Source: a virus (taxonomy: Duplodnaviria > Caudoviricetes). From it: 64,000 nucleotides of DNA. Below, in pieces: positions 1-8,052 of this stretch (position 1 is its first letter; the number at the start of each line of letters is the position of its first letter). The stretch lies in the IMG/VR virus record IMGVR_UViG_3300020440_000014, positions 1 to 64,000 of that record; one strand, given 5' to 3'. The translations under genes and the position numbers were made by a program. Below the pieces are notes generated by a model. It was not told the origin of the DNA. It worked only from the letters and a program-made list of their open reading frames with translations, and ran no database searches.

Positions 1-2
1 AA

Positions 3-83
3 CCACAAACACAACAAAGACCAGTAAATAAAGAACTGGAGAAAAAGAAAAAAGAACAAGCTCAAGATAGGAGAAATGGTTGA
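3..83 (+). CDS. 3' end of an upstream gene cut by the window edge
   Basis: Frame open from nt 3 (PQTQQRPVNKELEKKKKEQAQDRRNG) to TGA 81-83, overlapping the gp59 TTG start. Confidence 0.4.
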   Translation, partial: PQTQQRPVNKELEKKKKEQAQDRRNG

Positions 84-673
84 GTCGAGAAGGTTATGAT
101 GCATATCTACTCTATCTTGGTATCAAATTACATTTTCATACCAAGAGTTACGATTTTATAAAATACAATGGTAAAGTAGATGCTACTTTAAATGCTTATA
201 TGAAACGTAAAGATAAGTTTCATTTTGCTAAACTATCTAGAAAGTATAAAGACGAATTAAAAAACTTTTACATTGCAAATTTATGTCAGAAAGATTTGTG
301 GGTAGGAGACTTACTTGAAAATGAAGCACATAAATGTTTCACTGAATGGAAGAAACGTCATCAAAAACTTTCTTATCTATTTGAAACCGAAGTTACAGAG
401 TTATTGAAGAAAAAAGGTATACGAGAAGTTCTTGACGTTGTAAATGGACAACATCCATATTTACTTAAACAATACATGGGTAAAAGAATTTCGCCAGAAA
501 CAATGTGTATTATACTTGATATAACCCAAGTTGCAGACAGATGGAATATAGAGATTACAGATACACTCATATATCCTGAAGTCATGAACAAAGTAGAAAA
601 ATATAAATCGTTTCTATCATATGATATGAAACGATATGCTAGAAAACTAAAAGAATTGTGTGTGGGATATTAG
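80..673 (+). CDS. gp59: T4 gp59-like helicase loader
   Basis: N-terminus 'YDAYLLYLGIKLHF..SYDFIKYNGKV' typical of gp59; AGGAG at 69-73 before the TTG; directly upstream of gp32 as in T4-like phages. Confidence 0.85.
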   Translation: MSREGYDAYLLYLGIKLHFHTKSYDFIKYNGKVDATLNAYMKRKDKFHFAKLSRKYKDELKNFYIANLCQKDLWVGDLLENEAHKCFTEWKKRHQKLSYLFETEVTELLKKKGIREVLDVVNGQHPYLLKQYMGKRISPETMCIILDITQVADRWNIEITDTLIYPEVMNKVEKYKSFLSYDMKRYARKLKELCVGY

Positions 674-736
674 CTTATCCTATCCTGAGGAAGGACATAA
701 TTATGTATAATATTTTGCTGCTCAAGAAAAACTCTC

Positions 737-765
737 TAGACAAATACAATAAGATGAATTATAAT
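737..765 (+). promoter_or_regulatory. sigma70-like promoter upstream of gp32
   Basis: TAGACA (737-742), 17 nt spacer, TATAAT (760-765). Confidence 0.55.
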
Positions 766-779
766 GGTACTTCTTATTG

Positions 780-787
780 TATAAATA
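780..787 (+). promoter_or_regulatory. T4-type late promoter
   Basis: Exact TATAAATA upstream of the gp32 leader. Confidence 0.6.
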
Positions 788-795
788 GGAGTATA

Positions 796-843
796 GGTTG
801 TTAGAGTTAGGTTATTCTAACGCCCTTGGTCTTAAAGACCTAA
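796..843 (+). promoter_or_regulatory. Putative H-type pseudoknot in gp32 leader (autoregulatory operator)
   Basis: Stem GTTAGAG 800-806 / TTCTAAC 815-821; loop TTAGGT 807-812 complementary to ACCTAA 838-843; followed by an A/T-rich stretch and AGGAG 874-878. Confidence 0.55.
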
Positions 844-884
844 AGATAAAATGCTAATACAATGCGATACTATAGGAGAATACA

Positions 885-1778
885 ATGTCGACATCATTAG
901 ATAAACTTAGACAGGCGATGGAGTCTGCTTCACCTACTCAAGGTGAGAAAAAAACCTACGAAGATAATTACTGGAAACCAGAACTAGATAAATCTGGTAA
1001 CGGTTATGCTGTAATTAGATTTCTACCCACACCCGAAGGAGAAGAGATGCCATGGGTATCATACTTCGACCATGGGTTCCAAGGACCAGGCGGTTGGTAT
1101 ATTGAGAAGTCGTTAACGACTCTTGGTAAACAAGACCCTGTATCCGAATATAACACTCAACTTTGGAATACAGGTATTGAGGCGAATAAAGAACAAGCAA
1201 GAAAACAGAAACGTAGATTACATTATGTTTCTAACATCTTTGTTGTTTCAGACCCTAAAAATCCTGATAACGAAGGTAAAGTATTTAAATACCGATACGG
1301 TAAAAAAATATTTGAGATGTTAAAAGAAGCGATTAGTCCTGCATTCGAGGACGAAGCGCCTATCAATCCATTTGACCTCAGAACAGAAGGTGCAAACTTT
1401 AAAATCAAAATAAGAAAAGTTGATGGTTATTGGAACTATGACAAATCTGAATTTGATTCACAAGCTGCATTATTTGAAGATGAAAACAAGTTGAACGACA
1501 TAAATAGTTCACTTGAGTCATTAACTGAAATCATATCACCGAATGAATTTAAGTCATATGACGAGTTAAAAGAAAAACTCGACAGAGTGCTTGGACTTTC
1601 AGGTGGTGTTTCAACATCTACAGCTGAATCAGTTGCAGAAGACCTAGATGAAGTGCCTTGGTCTAATGTCAACAAAGAAGCAGTTGCAGAAGAACCTGTA
1701 ATCTCATCAGCTGAAGCTTCAGCAGATTCGACTGAAGACGATGCGATGGATTACTTTAAGAAGTTGGCAACAGAGTAA
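885..1778 (+). CDS. gp32: Single-stranded DNA-binding protein gp32
   Basis: 'WKPELDKSGNGYAVIRFLP', 'HGFQGPGGWYIEKSLTT', acidic C-terminal tail ending 'DDAMDYFKKLA'. Confidence 0.97.
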   Translation: MSTSLDKLRQAMESASPTQGEKKTYEDNYWKPELDKSGNGYAVIRFLPTPEGEEMPWVSYFDHGFQGPGGWYIEKSLTTLGKQDPVSEYNTQLWNTGIEANKEQARKQKRRLHYVSNIFVVSDPKNPDNEGKVFKYRYGKKIFEMLKEAISPAFEDEAPINPFDLRTEGANFKIKIRKVDGYWNYDKSEFDSQAALFEDENKLNDINSSLESLTEIISPNEFKSYDELKEKLDRVLGLSGGVSTSTAESVAEDLDEVPWSNVNKEAVAEEPVISSAEASADSTEDDAMDYFKKLATE

Positions 1779-1928
1779 CCAACTTCTATTAGGGTGCATG
1801 AGTGATGTCATGCAAACTGAGACCGTGGATTGGGGGAACTCAGTAAGGGAAAGATGATTTGTTGTATTGCGGAATCATCGGTCAACGGCGGGAATGCTGT
1901 AAAGCGTGGGGCTAGTTGACATCTTTTT
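1759..1928 (+). ncRNA. Unclassified GC-rich multi-hairpin RNA in the gp32 3' region, ending in a terminator-like U-run
   Basis: Stems 1759-1767/1779-1787, 1795-1801/1808-1814, 1816-1821/1839-1844, 1853-1859/1873-1879, 1881-1886/1915-1920 (with inner GTAA GNRA loop), then TTTTT 1924-1928. Confidence 0.5.
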
Positions 1929-1937
1929 AAAAACTAC

Positions 1938-1966
1938 TAGACAAGAGCGAATATTTAAACTATAAT
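1938..1966 (+). promoter_or_regulatory. sigma70-like promoter of bS21 gene
   Basis: TAGACA (1938-1943), 17 nt spacer, TATAAT (1961-1966); same -35 context as the gp32 promoter. Confidence 0.6.
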
Positions 1967-1970
1967 ATAA

Positions 1971-2204
1971 ATGATGACAACTATCAAACAACGAAAACAC
2001 CCAAAACATGGATTAGAAACTTTCGATAGAATGTTAAGAAGATTCAAAAAAGCATGTGATAAAAAAGGTATCGTTAAAGAGGTTAGAGATAGGCAATACT
2101 TTGAAAAACCAGCTTCAAAAAGAAACGAGAGAAATCAATCAATCAAAAGAAAGAAGAAACTTGAAGCTAGAAGAGCTGCACAAAAAGGTTTCAGAAGAGT
2201 ATAG
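1971..2204 (+). CDS. rpsU: Phage-encoded 30S ribosomal protein bS21
   Basis: 'FDRMLRRFKKACDKKGIVKEVRDRQYFEKPASKR' matches the bS21 core pattern (L.RFK....G...E...R..yEKP). Confidence 0.93.
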   Translation: MMTTIKQRKHPKHGLETFDRMLRRFKKACDKKGIVKEVRDRQYFEKPASKRNERNQSIKRKKKLEARRAAQKGFRRV

Positions 2205-2206
2205 TC

Positions 2207-2413
2207 ATGTCTGGCAAAGGAAGTAAAAGAAGACCTAAAGTTGTCTCAGAAAAAGTCTTTGCTGATTCATGGAATAAAATCTTTTCTAGAAAGAAAACAC
2301 CTAAACATGGACTTACTCAAGTTCATAAAGACAAAACTAAATTCAAAAGAAAAGACAAATATCCTACACCTAATTATGAGGGTCCATGGGGTAAAGATTT
2401 GGGTTTAGATTAA
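2207..2413 (+). CDS. Small basic hypothetical protein
   Basis: 68-aa Lys-rich ORF starting 2 nt after the bS21 stop; its stop overlaps the convergent gene's stop. Confidence 0.55.
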   Translation: MSGKGSKRRPKVVSEKVFADSWNKIFSRKKTPKHGLTQVHKDKTKFKRKDKYPTPNYEGPWGKDLGLD

Positions 2414-3939
2414 GTAGGTATAACTTTAGTAGCAGTAGTATCTACTGATGAAGGTTCACCACTACCACTATACGAAGCAGAATTAGAAACGGTGTTATTG
2501 ACAATAGGCATAATGTTGTTCATATAATCTTTTTCAACATTTGTTAGTTCTTTACCTTCATCCATTTTTTGTTGTAATCTTTCACCGGTTTGTAATTGTA
2601 AGTCAGAATTACCAACACCTGATAATGTCATGTTAGCTTGTTGTCTATTAATTTCTTGGTTTGGATTTAGTTCTTCGAACTCTCTCTCAAGGTCATCAAA
2701 ATCAAATCTATTATATGCCTCACCATCTTTACCTTCAGTTGCCATGAGATTGATTCTTTCTTTGGCAGATAGACCTTCTTCATCTTGATACTGAGCTGCT
2801 ATCATTTGCAGTTGTTGTAATCCTATTTGTTCTTCTGCAAGATTTTCTTCTGCTAGTTTTAATCTTTGTTGATATCTTTCTTCTGATTCGAATTTTCCTT
2901 TACCCTTAGATTTTATTTTATCAAGTTTAGTTTGTGCTGTTGCGACCTGAGATTCTTGGTCAGCCATTTTGAATTGAGCAGTCAGAGCAGTGAAATTAGC
3001 TTGTGCAGACATTCGTTTTTCTTCTTCTCGTTCTTCTTGTTCTTCTACGGTGATTCCTTGTTTTGATAATGCTTCACTTCTCAAGTTATCACCTATTTCA
3101 TCATCAACTTTATCGATGAATCTTTCTTGTCCTACACCTTCTATTGCAACTGCCTGTCCATCAATTTCTTCAACTAGTCTACCTTGAGAATCGAGATACA
3201 TCTCATTTGTTATTAAACCTTCTTCTCGTATTTTCTTTTCTTTTTCTGCATCAGATATTTCCATAGCATTGATTTCTGCAACACGGTCGGCATCTTTACT
3301 TCGTTGTTCTCTTAATGCTCTTTCGGTGGTTCTTGTTACTATTTTATTTTCTACGTCTTTTCTTTGTTCATCTCCAAGAAATCCAAAAATATCATCTAAT
3401 CCTAATATAAATGCATCGAACATATTCATAACTCGACCAATCACATTTTGAAGAGTATTGAATGTTGCTTGAAGAATGCCAACAAAACCAAAACTTTTAG
3501 CAAGTTTGTAAAGAACAACAAGAACGGCACCTACAGCTGCAACTATCAATAAAAATTTTAAACTTAAGAAACCAACGCCTAATTTTAATTGTTTAAATTT
3601 AGAAGTTAATCCTTTAGTTTCTTTTGCATTCTTTTTCGATTGTTTGGACTCTTCCTTCTTTGCTTTTGATGAGAATAAAGTAGACCTTGATAAAGAAGTA
3701 AATAATGCTGAAATTGGTGCAAAAAGATTACCAAACGCCGCCAATTTATTACTTACGGATTCTCCGATACCTTGCAAGTCAATCATACCACCAGATAGTT
3801 CTTTTAGACCATCTGAAAATTTTGCACCAGATTCACCAACACTTTGCTTTACTGCTTTAAATGTTTCTGCTATAGGTGTTGTAAACTTAGTAACAATATC
3901 TTTTACTAGTTTATCGTTGACTTGTACTGCTTCTGCCAT
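2410..3939 (-). CDS. Probable tape-measure/baseplate-hub protein (gp29-like role)
   Basis: 509 aa, helical and charged, one hydrophobic segment (FLSLKFLLIVAAVGAVLVVLY); last gene of the tube-like/gp26/gp51 block. Confidence 0.55.
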   Translation of the reverse strand: MAEAVQVNDKLVKDIVTKFTTPIAETFKAVKQSVGESGAKFSDGLKELSGGMIDLQGIGESVSNKLAAFGNLFAPISALFTSLSRSTLFSSKAKKEESKQSKKNAKETKGLTSKFKQLKLGVGFLSLKFLLIVAAVGAVLVVLYKLAKSFGFVGILQATFNTLQNVIGRVMNMFDAFILGLDDIFGFLGDEQRKDVENKIVTRTTERALREQRSKDADRVAEINAMEISDAEKEKKIREEGLITNEMYLDSQGRLVEEIDGQAVAIEGVGQERFIDKVDDEIGDNLRSEALSKQGITVEEQEEREEEKRMSAQANFTALTAQFKMADQESQVATAQTKLDKIKSKGKGKFESEERYQQRLKLAEENLAEEQIGLQQLQMIAAQYQDEEGLSAKERINLMATEGKDGEAYNRFDFDDLEREFEELNPNQEINRQQANMTLSGVGNSDLQLQTGERLQQKMDEGKELTNVEKDYMNNIMPIVNNTVSNSASYSGSGEPSSVDTTATKVIPT

Positions 3940-4313
3940 TATTTACCGAATGCCTTTCCTGCTTCACTGATACCAAAACAACCAAGTGTTACTACAACAA
4001 ATGATGTATAGATAGTATCAGATATTTCTAATGGAGTTCCGTCCATTGCTGTGATTAAATCGAAAATACCAAATGCGACCATCATTGCGAAGGATATAAA
4101 CCCTACGATAGCCTTTTCATTTACATCATTATCATCTAAGAAGACATCGAGAATTCTTCTCTTCTTCTTAGGTTCGATAGATTTCTTTTGTGCTTGTGCA
4201 TCAGCTTTGAGTCTAGCGATTTCTTTTTCTTTTTCATGAAGATTATTAATTAGAGTATCGTACTTCTCTAAATCTAATTCTACTTCATTTCTGCTTTCTA
4301 CTGATTCTGCCAT
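3939..4313 (-). CDS. Small membrane protein with N-terminal coiled coil and two hydrophobic helices
   Basis: 'AIVGFISFAMMVAFGIFDLI' and 'IYTSFVVVTLGCFGI'; TAATG coupling to gp51; GGAG upstream. Confidence 0.7.
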   Translation of the reverse strand: MAESVESRNEVELDLEKYDTLINNLHEKEKEIARLKADAQAQKKSIEPKKKRRILDVFLDDNDVNEKAIVGFISFAMMVAFGIFDLITAMDGTPLEISDTIYTSFVVVTLGCFGISEAGKAFGK

Positions 4314-4507
4314 TATCTCCTCTTATGTTGTTGACGCCTCACACGTTCATTCTCTTCTTCAAGATGTTGCATGAGAAGTTTTATATATATCTCCCTTTCC
4401 CATGGTATCATCTCTTCAAGTTCAGTTAACGAATACTTATGATGTTGCATTAACTGAAAATTAGTTTGATAGTAATTATATACCGATTCGTGAGAAAGGG
4501 TTACTAA
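4313..4507 (-). CDS. gp51: gp51-like baseplate hub assembly protein (missed by ORF track; probably a frameshift extension of gp26)
   Basis: Hand translation: ..HESVYNYYQTNFQLMQHHKYSLTELEEMIPWEREIYIKLLMQHLEEENERVRRQQHKRR*; first in-frame ATG at 4450 has no SD. Confidence 0.8.
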   Translation of the reverse strand, partial: LVTLSHESVYNYYQTNFQLMQHHKYSLTELEEMIPWEREIYIKLLMQHLEEENERVRRQQHKRR

Positions 4508-5208
4508 AAAAAATTTTCTAGTCCTTTTAATTCTACTATCTGCTTGGTATCACAAACAGGACATTTAAGTTCAATGTCATGTTTCAGAGATGGTATTGAT
4601 TGCAACCATTCACCAATCATTTCGATTTGTGCTACGGTCAAACTCTCAACAAACTCGTCAACTTCTGTTTCAGAATAATCAAGCATGTCATAGACATTAT
4701 CTTCATCATATATTTGTTCAATAGAAGATTTCAATATTGCAAAGAATGATGCTTGTTCATCTTTACTATCTAACTTTTGTTGAACACTTGCTTTAGGAGG
4801 CGACAATACAACTCCTAAAGATTCACTTAGTTGAAGTTTTGAATCAGGCATTTCTTTTGTATCAATATCTACCTCATTTAAATTCAACTCATATGGTGTA
4901 ACTCCTTTACAATCTTCTGTTTTACAAGGTATGTTTAATTTGACGGTTTCACCAACCGATTTGCAACGTACTTGTAAAAAGAAATATTCAAGGTCTGCTA
5001 ATGCCATATCATCAGCATTTAGTTTATCGAATGAAACTGCTTTAACTAAATTAGATAAAGCTTGATACATTTCTTTTTCATTCTCACCTTCTTGCATAAG
5101 AACTAGATTTCTTTGTTCTTTAACAAGAAAGGGTCTAAACTTTACTTGTTCTCCACTTAAAGGCAACTCACAAAAATATTCTGGTGCCTTTTGTATAGGT
5201 AACGCCAT
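4504..5208 (-). CDS. gp26: gp26-like baseplate hub subunit / tail assembly chaperone
   Basis: 'MALP....P.Y..ELP.SG..VKFRPFLVKE', 'LQVRCKSVGE', C-terminal CxxC and 'GLENFF'. Confidence 0.85.
   Translation of the reverse strand: MALPIQKAPEYFCELPLSGEQVKFRPFLVKEQRNLVLMQEGENEKEMYQALSNLVKAVSFDKLNADDMALADLEYFFLQVRCKSVGETVKLNIPCKTEDCKGVTPYELNLNEVDIDTKEMPDSKLQLSESLGVVLSPPKASVQQKLDSKDEQASFFAILKSSIEQIYDEDNVYDMLDYSETEVDEFVESLTVAQIEMIGEWLQSIPSLKHDIELKCPVCDTKQIVELKGLENFF
4506..4516 (-). promoter_or_regulatory. Putative -1 ribosomal frameshift slippery site
   Basis: Minus strand reads GAA AAT TTT TTT TAG; heptamers A_AAT_TTT and T_TTT_TTT just before the gp26 stop; the -1 frame is gp51. Confidence 0.55.
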
Positions 5209-5220
5209 AATTTACTCCTA

Positions 5221-5958
5221 TTAGCCGAATATATCATCGACTCTATTCAATGTACCGTTTAGGTTATTTATCCTGTCCTGGAATTTTGATAATGTTTTAT
5301 TACTTTTACCAAAAACACCAAGTGCTTGATTGAATGCCCCCAAAGCTCTAGAACCTTTGTTCAATGTATTTTTTATAGAATTGAACATACTGGTATCACT
5401 TATGTAATCTGTAGTGAACGTTCTAAATGCCATTGTGACTTCAAACTTCATTATATCATCTGTACTTTCCATAGATAATTCTTGAGCTGCATATGATACT
5501 GGATATGCTTCATGTAATGTGTATCTTAAGACATCGTCTTCTGAACGATTCATGACATTGATATTAACTTCACCAACATAGTCATAGTAATACGAAAATT
5601 GTGGATTTACAGAATTGCCTACTTTATCTCCTGAGTCAGATGCATAGATTGTATCTTGCCATGCTTGAATTAAAAATCTATCAGCAAATGAACTATCACA
5701 TAAAAATGTAAATGCAGCTTCTCCACCATCCATAGATATTTGATTGGGCATCTTTCTTGTTGGTCCATATTCTGACCAATCTGTGGTTTCTATTTGTCTG
5801 CCTGGTAAAACTGCTGACGTGCATCTAACACCGTCTATTGCAAATCCAAGATTAGGACAATTCATTGTTACTTCGAATCTATTTGCTCTCGCACCTTGGT
5901 CAAATTTGTATCGAAGTTCATCAATACTTGTTCTTCTTTTTCCGAATATATCAGCCAT
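5221..5958 (-). CDS. Tail-tube-fold protein (gp19/gp54-like)
   Basis: 'ARANRFEV', 'LPGRQIET', 'YTLHEAYPVS', 'FEVTMAFR' resemble gp19 at 53710. Confidence 0.75.
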   Translation of the reverse strand: MADIFGKRRTSIDELRYKFDQGARANRFEVTMNCPNLGFAIDGVRCTSAVLPGRQIETTDWSEYGPTRKMPNQISMDGGEAAFTFLCDSSFADRFLIQAWQDTIYASDSGDKVGNSVNPQFSYYYDYVGEVNINVMNRSEDDVLRYTLHEAYPVSYAAQELSMESTDDIMKFEVTMAFRTFTTDYISDTSMFNSIKNTLNKGSRALGAFNQALGVFGKSNKTLSKFQDRINNLNGTLNRVDDIFG

Positions 5959-6535
5959 TTATTTTCTCTCTACTATCTCTATACACATCTAATACGCTTG
6001 CTTTACTAAATTGAGCAGTTGGTAAAAATGATACTATGTCCCAATATTTAGGGTCAACTTCTAACGCAGAACCTTTTATATTAGCAGTTAAGTATTTTTT
6101 TACAGCAGCTCTAGATGCTCGTAATTGTGTTACACTATTCAGTATATTCCAAGTTATTCTGATACGTGTTGTTTCGTCAAAGTCATCATTGTTTGTATAC
6201 TCAAACAACTTATCTAACAAACGTATTCTCAATCTTGGTGGTAAATAGTGCATGTTTAATCCTAAAAAACTATTGCCGTATGTTTCTATTATCATCACAC
6301 ATGGAAAGTTATCGTAATAGGGCATAACTTGTTTGTATTTTGGGTCATAGAAATATGTAAACATACGACCTTCAGGTCTAAATTTTCTTGATTTTTGTAA
6401 TCCAGATTTCTTATAAAATTGTTCTGAGTTGGTTTTTATTCTTCGAATACGATTTCTAAACCAAGTAAGACTTTCTTTTGAACGTCTTTCTAACTCAGCA
6501 GGTGATTCTTTATCTAATTTTTCTAGTAGACCCAT
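5951..6535 (-). CDS. gp2: gp2-like DNA end protector
   Basis: 'MFTYFYDPKYK..MPYYDNFP....E....FLGLNMHYLPP..R..LL..L'. Confidence 0.85.
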   Translation of the reverse strand: MGLLEKLDKESPAELERRSKESLTWFRNRIRRIKTNSEQFYKKSGLQKSRKFRPEGRMFTYFYDPKYKQVMPYYDNFPCVMIIETYGNSFLGLNMHYLPPRLRIRLLDKLFEYTNNDDFDETTRIRITWNILNSVTQLRASRAAVKKYLTANIKGSALEVDPKYWDIVSFLPTAQFSKASVLDVYRDSREKING

Positions 6536-6539
6536 ACTA

Positions 6540-7313
6540 CTATTTATGATAAATCGTATAGTTTTCGAACTCTATTGGTGATAAGTTTTGTGAATAAAGA
6601 AGTAAAAGAGACCATAAATCTTTTTCTTGGAATTCGTAATCGTTTTTAGTCTCTACGAAAACGCCATTGTCTCCTTCAGTTCTGAAGTAATTACTCAACG
6701 ATGTTTCTAAGTTGCCTATTATGATAGGTTTCTGATTGCAATAAATTTCGTCTTTGATTACTTTTTCCATATAATGCATATCATCTCGGTCTTCGCCAAC
6801 ATGCATCTCTAACATGTGTTTATGATATGTGCAAAATGTATTTTTGATTGGAACTTCCGAGAAAATATTCATCCATTCATCAAATGACAAAGCGGGGGAA
6901 TCCAGCAAATCATCTTCATCCCAAACAATCACTTTGGAATCCCATAATTCCAACATTATCATGGCATAAATTCTAGACAAACCTGGATGAAAAAAGATAT
7001 TAAATCTATCGTCTTTTAATTTTAGATGACCTTGTATTGTAGAATAAAATCCTATTGTTTTTTGTTGTTCTATTAACCAAGAAACTTTTGCGCCTATAAA
7101 GGCATCACTATTTTTGTCAGTTGTGTTTATGTTGTCAATCAGTGCTTTAACATTTTGACCTTTACTTTCCTTATTATGAGTCAGTTCTAAATTATATGGT
7201 TTTAAATCTTTCAAAGGCACGTATTTGACTTTGACGCCAATCTGATTGTAAATAGATTTTATCTCATCTTTATTAGTTGTAAAGATATCATAGATGTGTT
7301 TAATTAAAGGCAT
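6540..7313 (-). CDS. Hypothetical protein with ParB/Srx-like 'HPG' domain
   Basis: 'AKVSWLIEQQKTIGFYSTIQG...FFHPGLSR' shared with ORFs at 40852 and 45460. Confidence 0.65.
   Translation of the reverse strand: MPLIKHIYDIFTTNKDEIKSIYNQIGVKVKYVPLKDLKPYNLELTHNKESKGQNVKALIDNINTTDKNSDAFIGAKVSWLIEQQKTIGFYSTIQGHLKLKDDRFNIFFHPGLSRIYAMIMLELWDSKVIVWDEDDLLDSPALSFDEWMNIFSEVPIKNTFCTYHKHMLEMHVGEDRDDMHYMEKVIKDEIYCNQKPIIIGNLETSLSNYFRTEGDNGVFVETKNDYEFQEKDLWSLLLLYSQNLSPIEFENYTIYHK
6541..6548 (-). promoter_or_regulatory. Late promoter variant for gp2 block
   Basis: CATAAATA on the minus strand a few nt upstream of the gp2 ATG. Confidence 0.45.
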
Positions 7314-8052
7314 TGAGAAACTCCTCTACTCTTTTTAAGTCTTGCATTGTATCTACGGAGAGACCTTCATCTTCTACTCTTACCATTTGCACATCGTAAC
7401 CATTTTCTAGAAATCTTAACATCTCAACACTTTCTGCCTTTTCAAGAGCACCAATATCAAGTCTTGGAAAGATTTCTAACATTTTACGACTAAAACAATA
7501 AAGACCCATTTGTTGATTGAAAGGCATCTCTTCTTTTTGTGCAAAAGGTATTGGTAGTCTTGAAAAATATTGTGCAAGGGATAATTTGTTTTTAACTACT
7601 TTCACAATATTTGTATCGTGTTGTTTGTACATGCCTTGAACTTTTGTAAAGGCATTAGATACGCCTATATCATCGTTATGAATTTCTATGAGTGTATCGA
7701 TTGCTTCAGGATTTATCAGAGGTTCGTCACCTTGTATGTTTACAAATTTAGAACCATCTACAAGTTCTATAGCTTTTGCACATCTGTCTGTACCAGTTCG
7801 ACATTCATCTTCAATAACAATACAACGCATTTCACGTTTAGAACAATAATCGTTTATTCTCTCGTCATCGGTTAACACAACTACGCTGTCTAAATTTTTT
7901 GCCATGAGAGCTCTTTCATAAACTCTACGTATCATGGGAATGCCATTAATTTTTGCTAGGGGTTTGCCTTCGAAACGAGACGAATGCCATCTTGCAGGTA
8001 TAAAACCTATAGTGAGATTACTTGACTTATCTGGTCCGCTGAGACTTCGCAT
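7300..8052 (-). CDS. kdsB: CMP-Kdo synthetase-like cytidylyltransferase
   Basis: 'IPARWHSSRFEGKPL..I.G..MI.RVYE', 'TGTDR', 'VNIQGDEP', 'LEKAESVEMLRFLENG', 'SVDT..DL'. Confidence 0.92.
   Translation of the reverse strand: MRSLSGPDKSSNLTIGFIPARWHSSRFEGKPLAKINGIPMIRRVYERALMAKNLDSVVVLTDDERINDYCSKREMRCIVIEDECRTGTDRCAKAIELVDGSKFVNIQGDEPLINPEAIDTLIEIHNDDIGVSNAFTKVQGMYKQHDTNIVKVVKNKLSLAQYFSRLPIPFAQKEEMPFNQQMGLYCFSRKMLEIFPRLDIGALEKAESVEMLRFLENGYDVQMVRVEDEGLSVDTMQDLKRVEEFLNAFN

Noticed and set aside
1791-1928. tRNA, tmRNA or hammerhead ribozyme
   Set aside because: No cloverleaf, T-loop or CCA end, and no CUGANGA/GAAA core; kept only as an unclassified RNA
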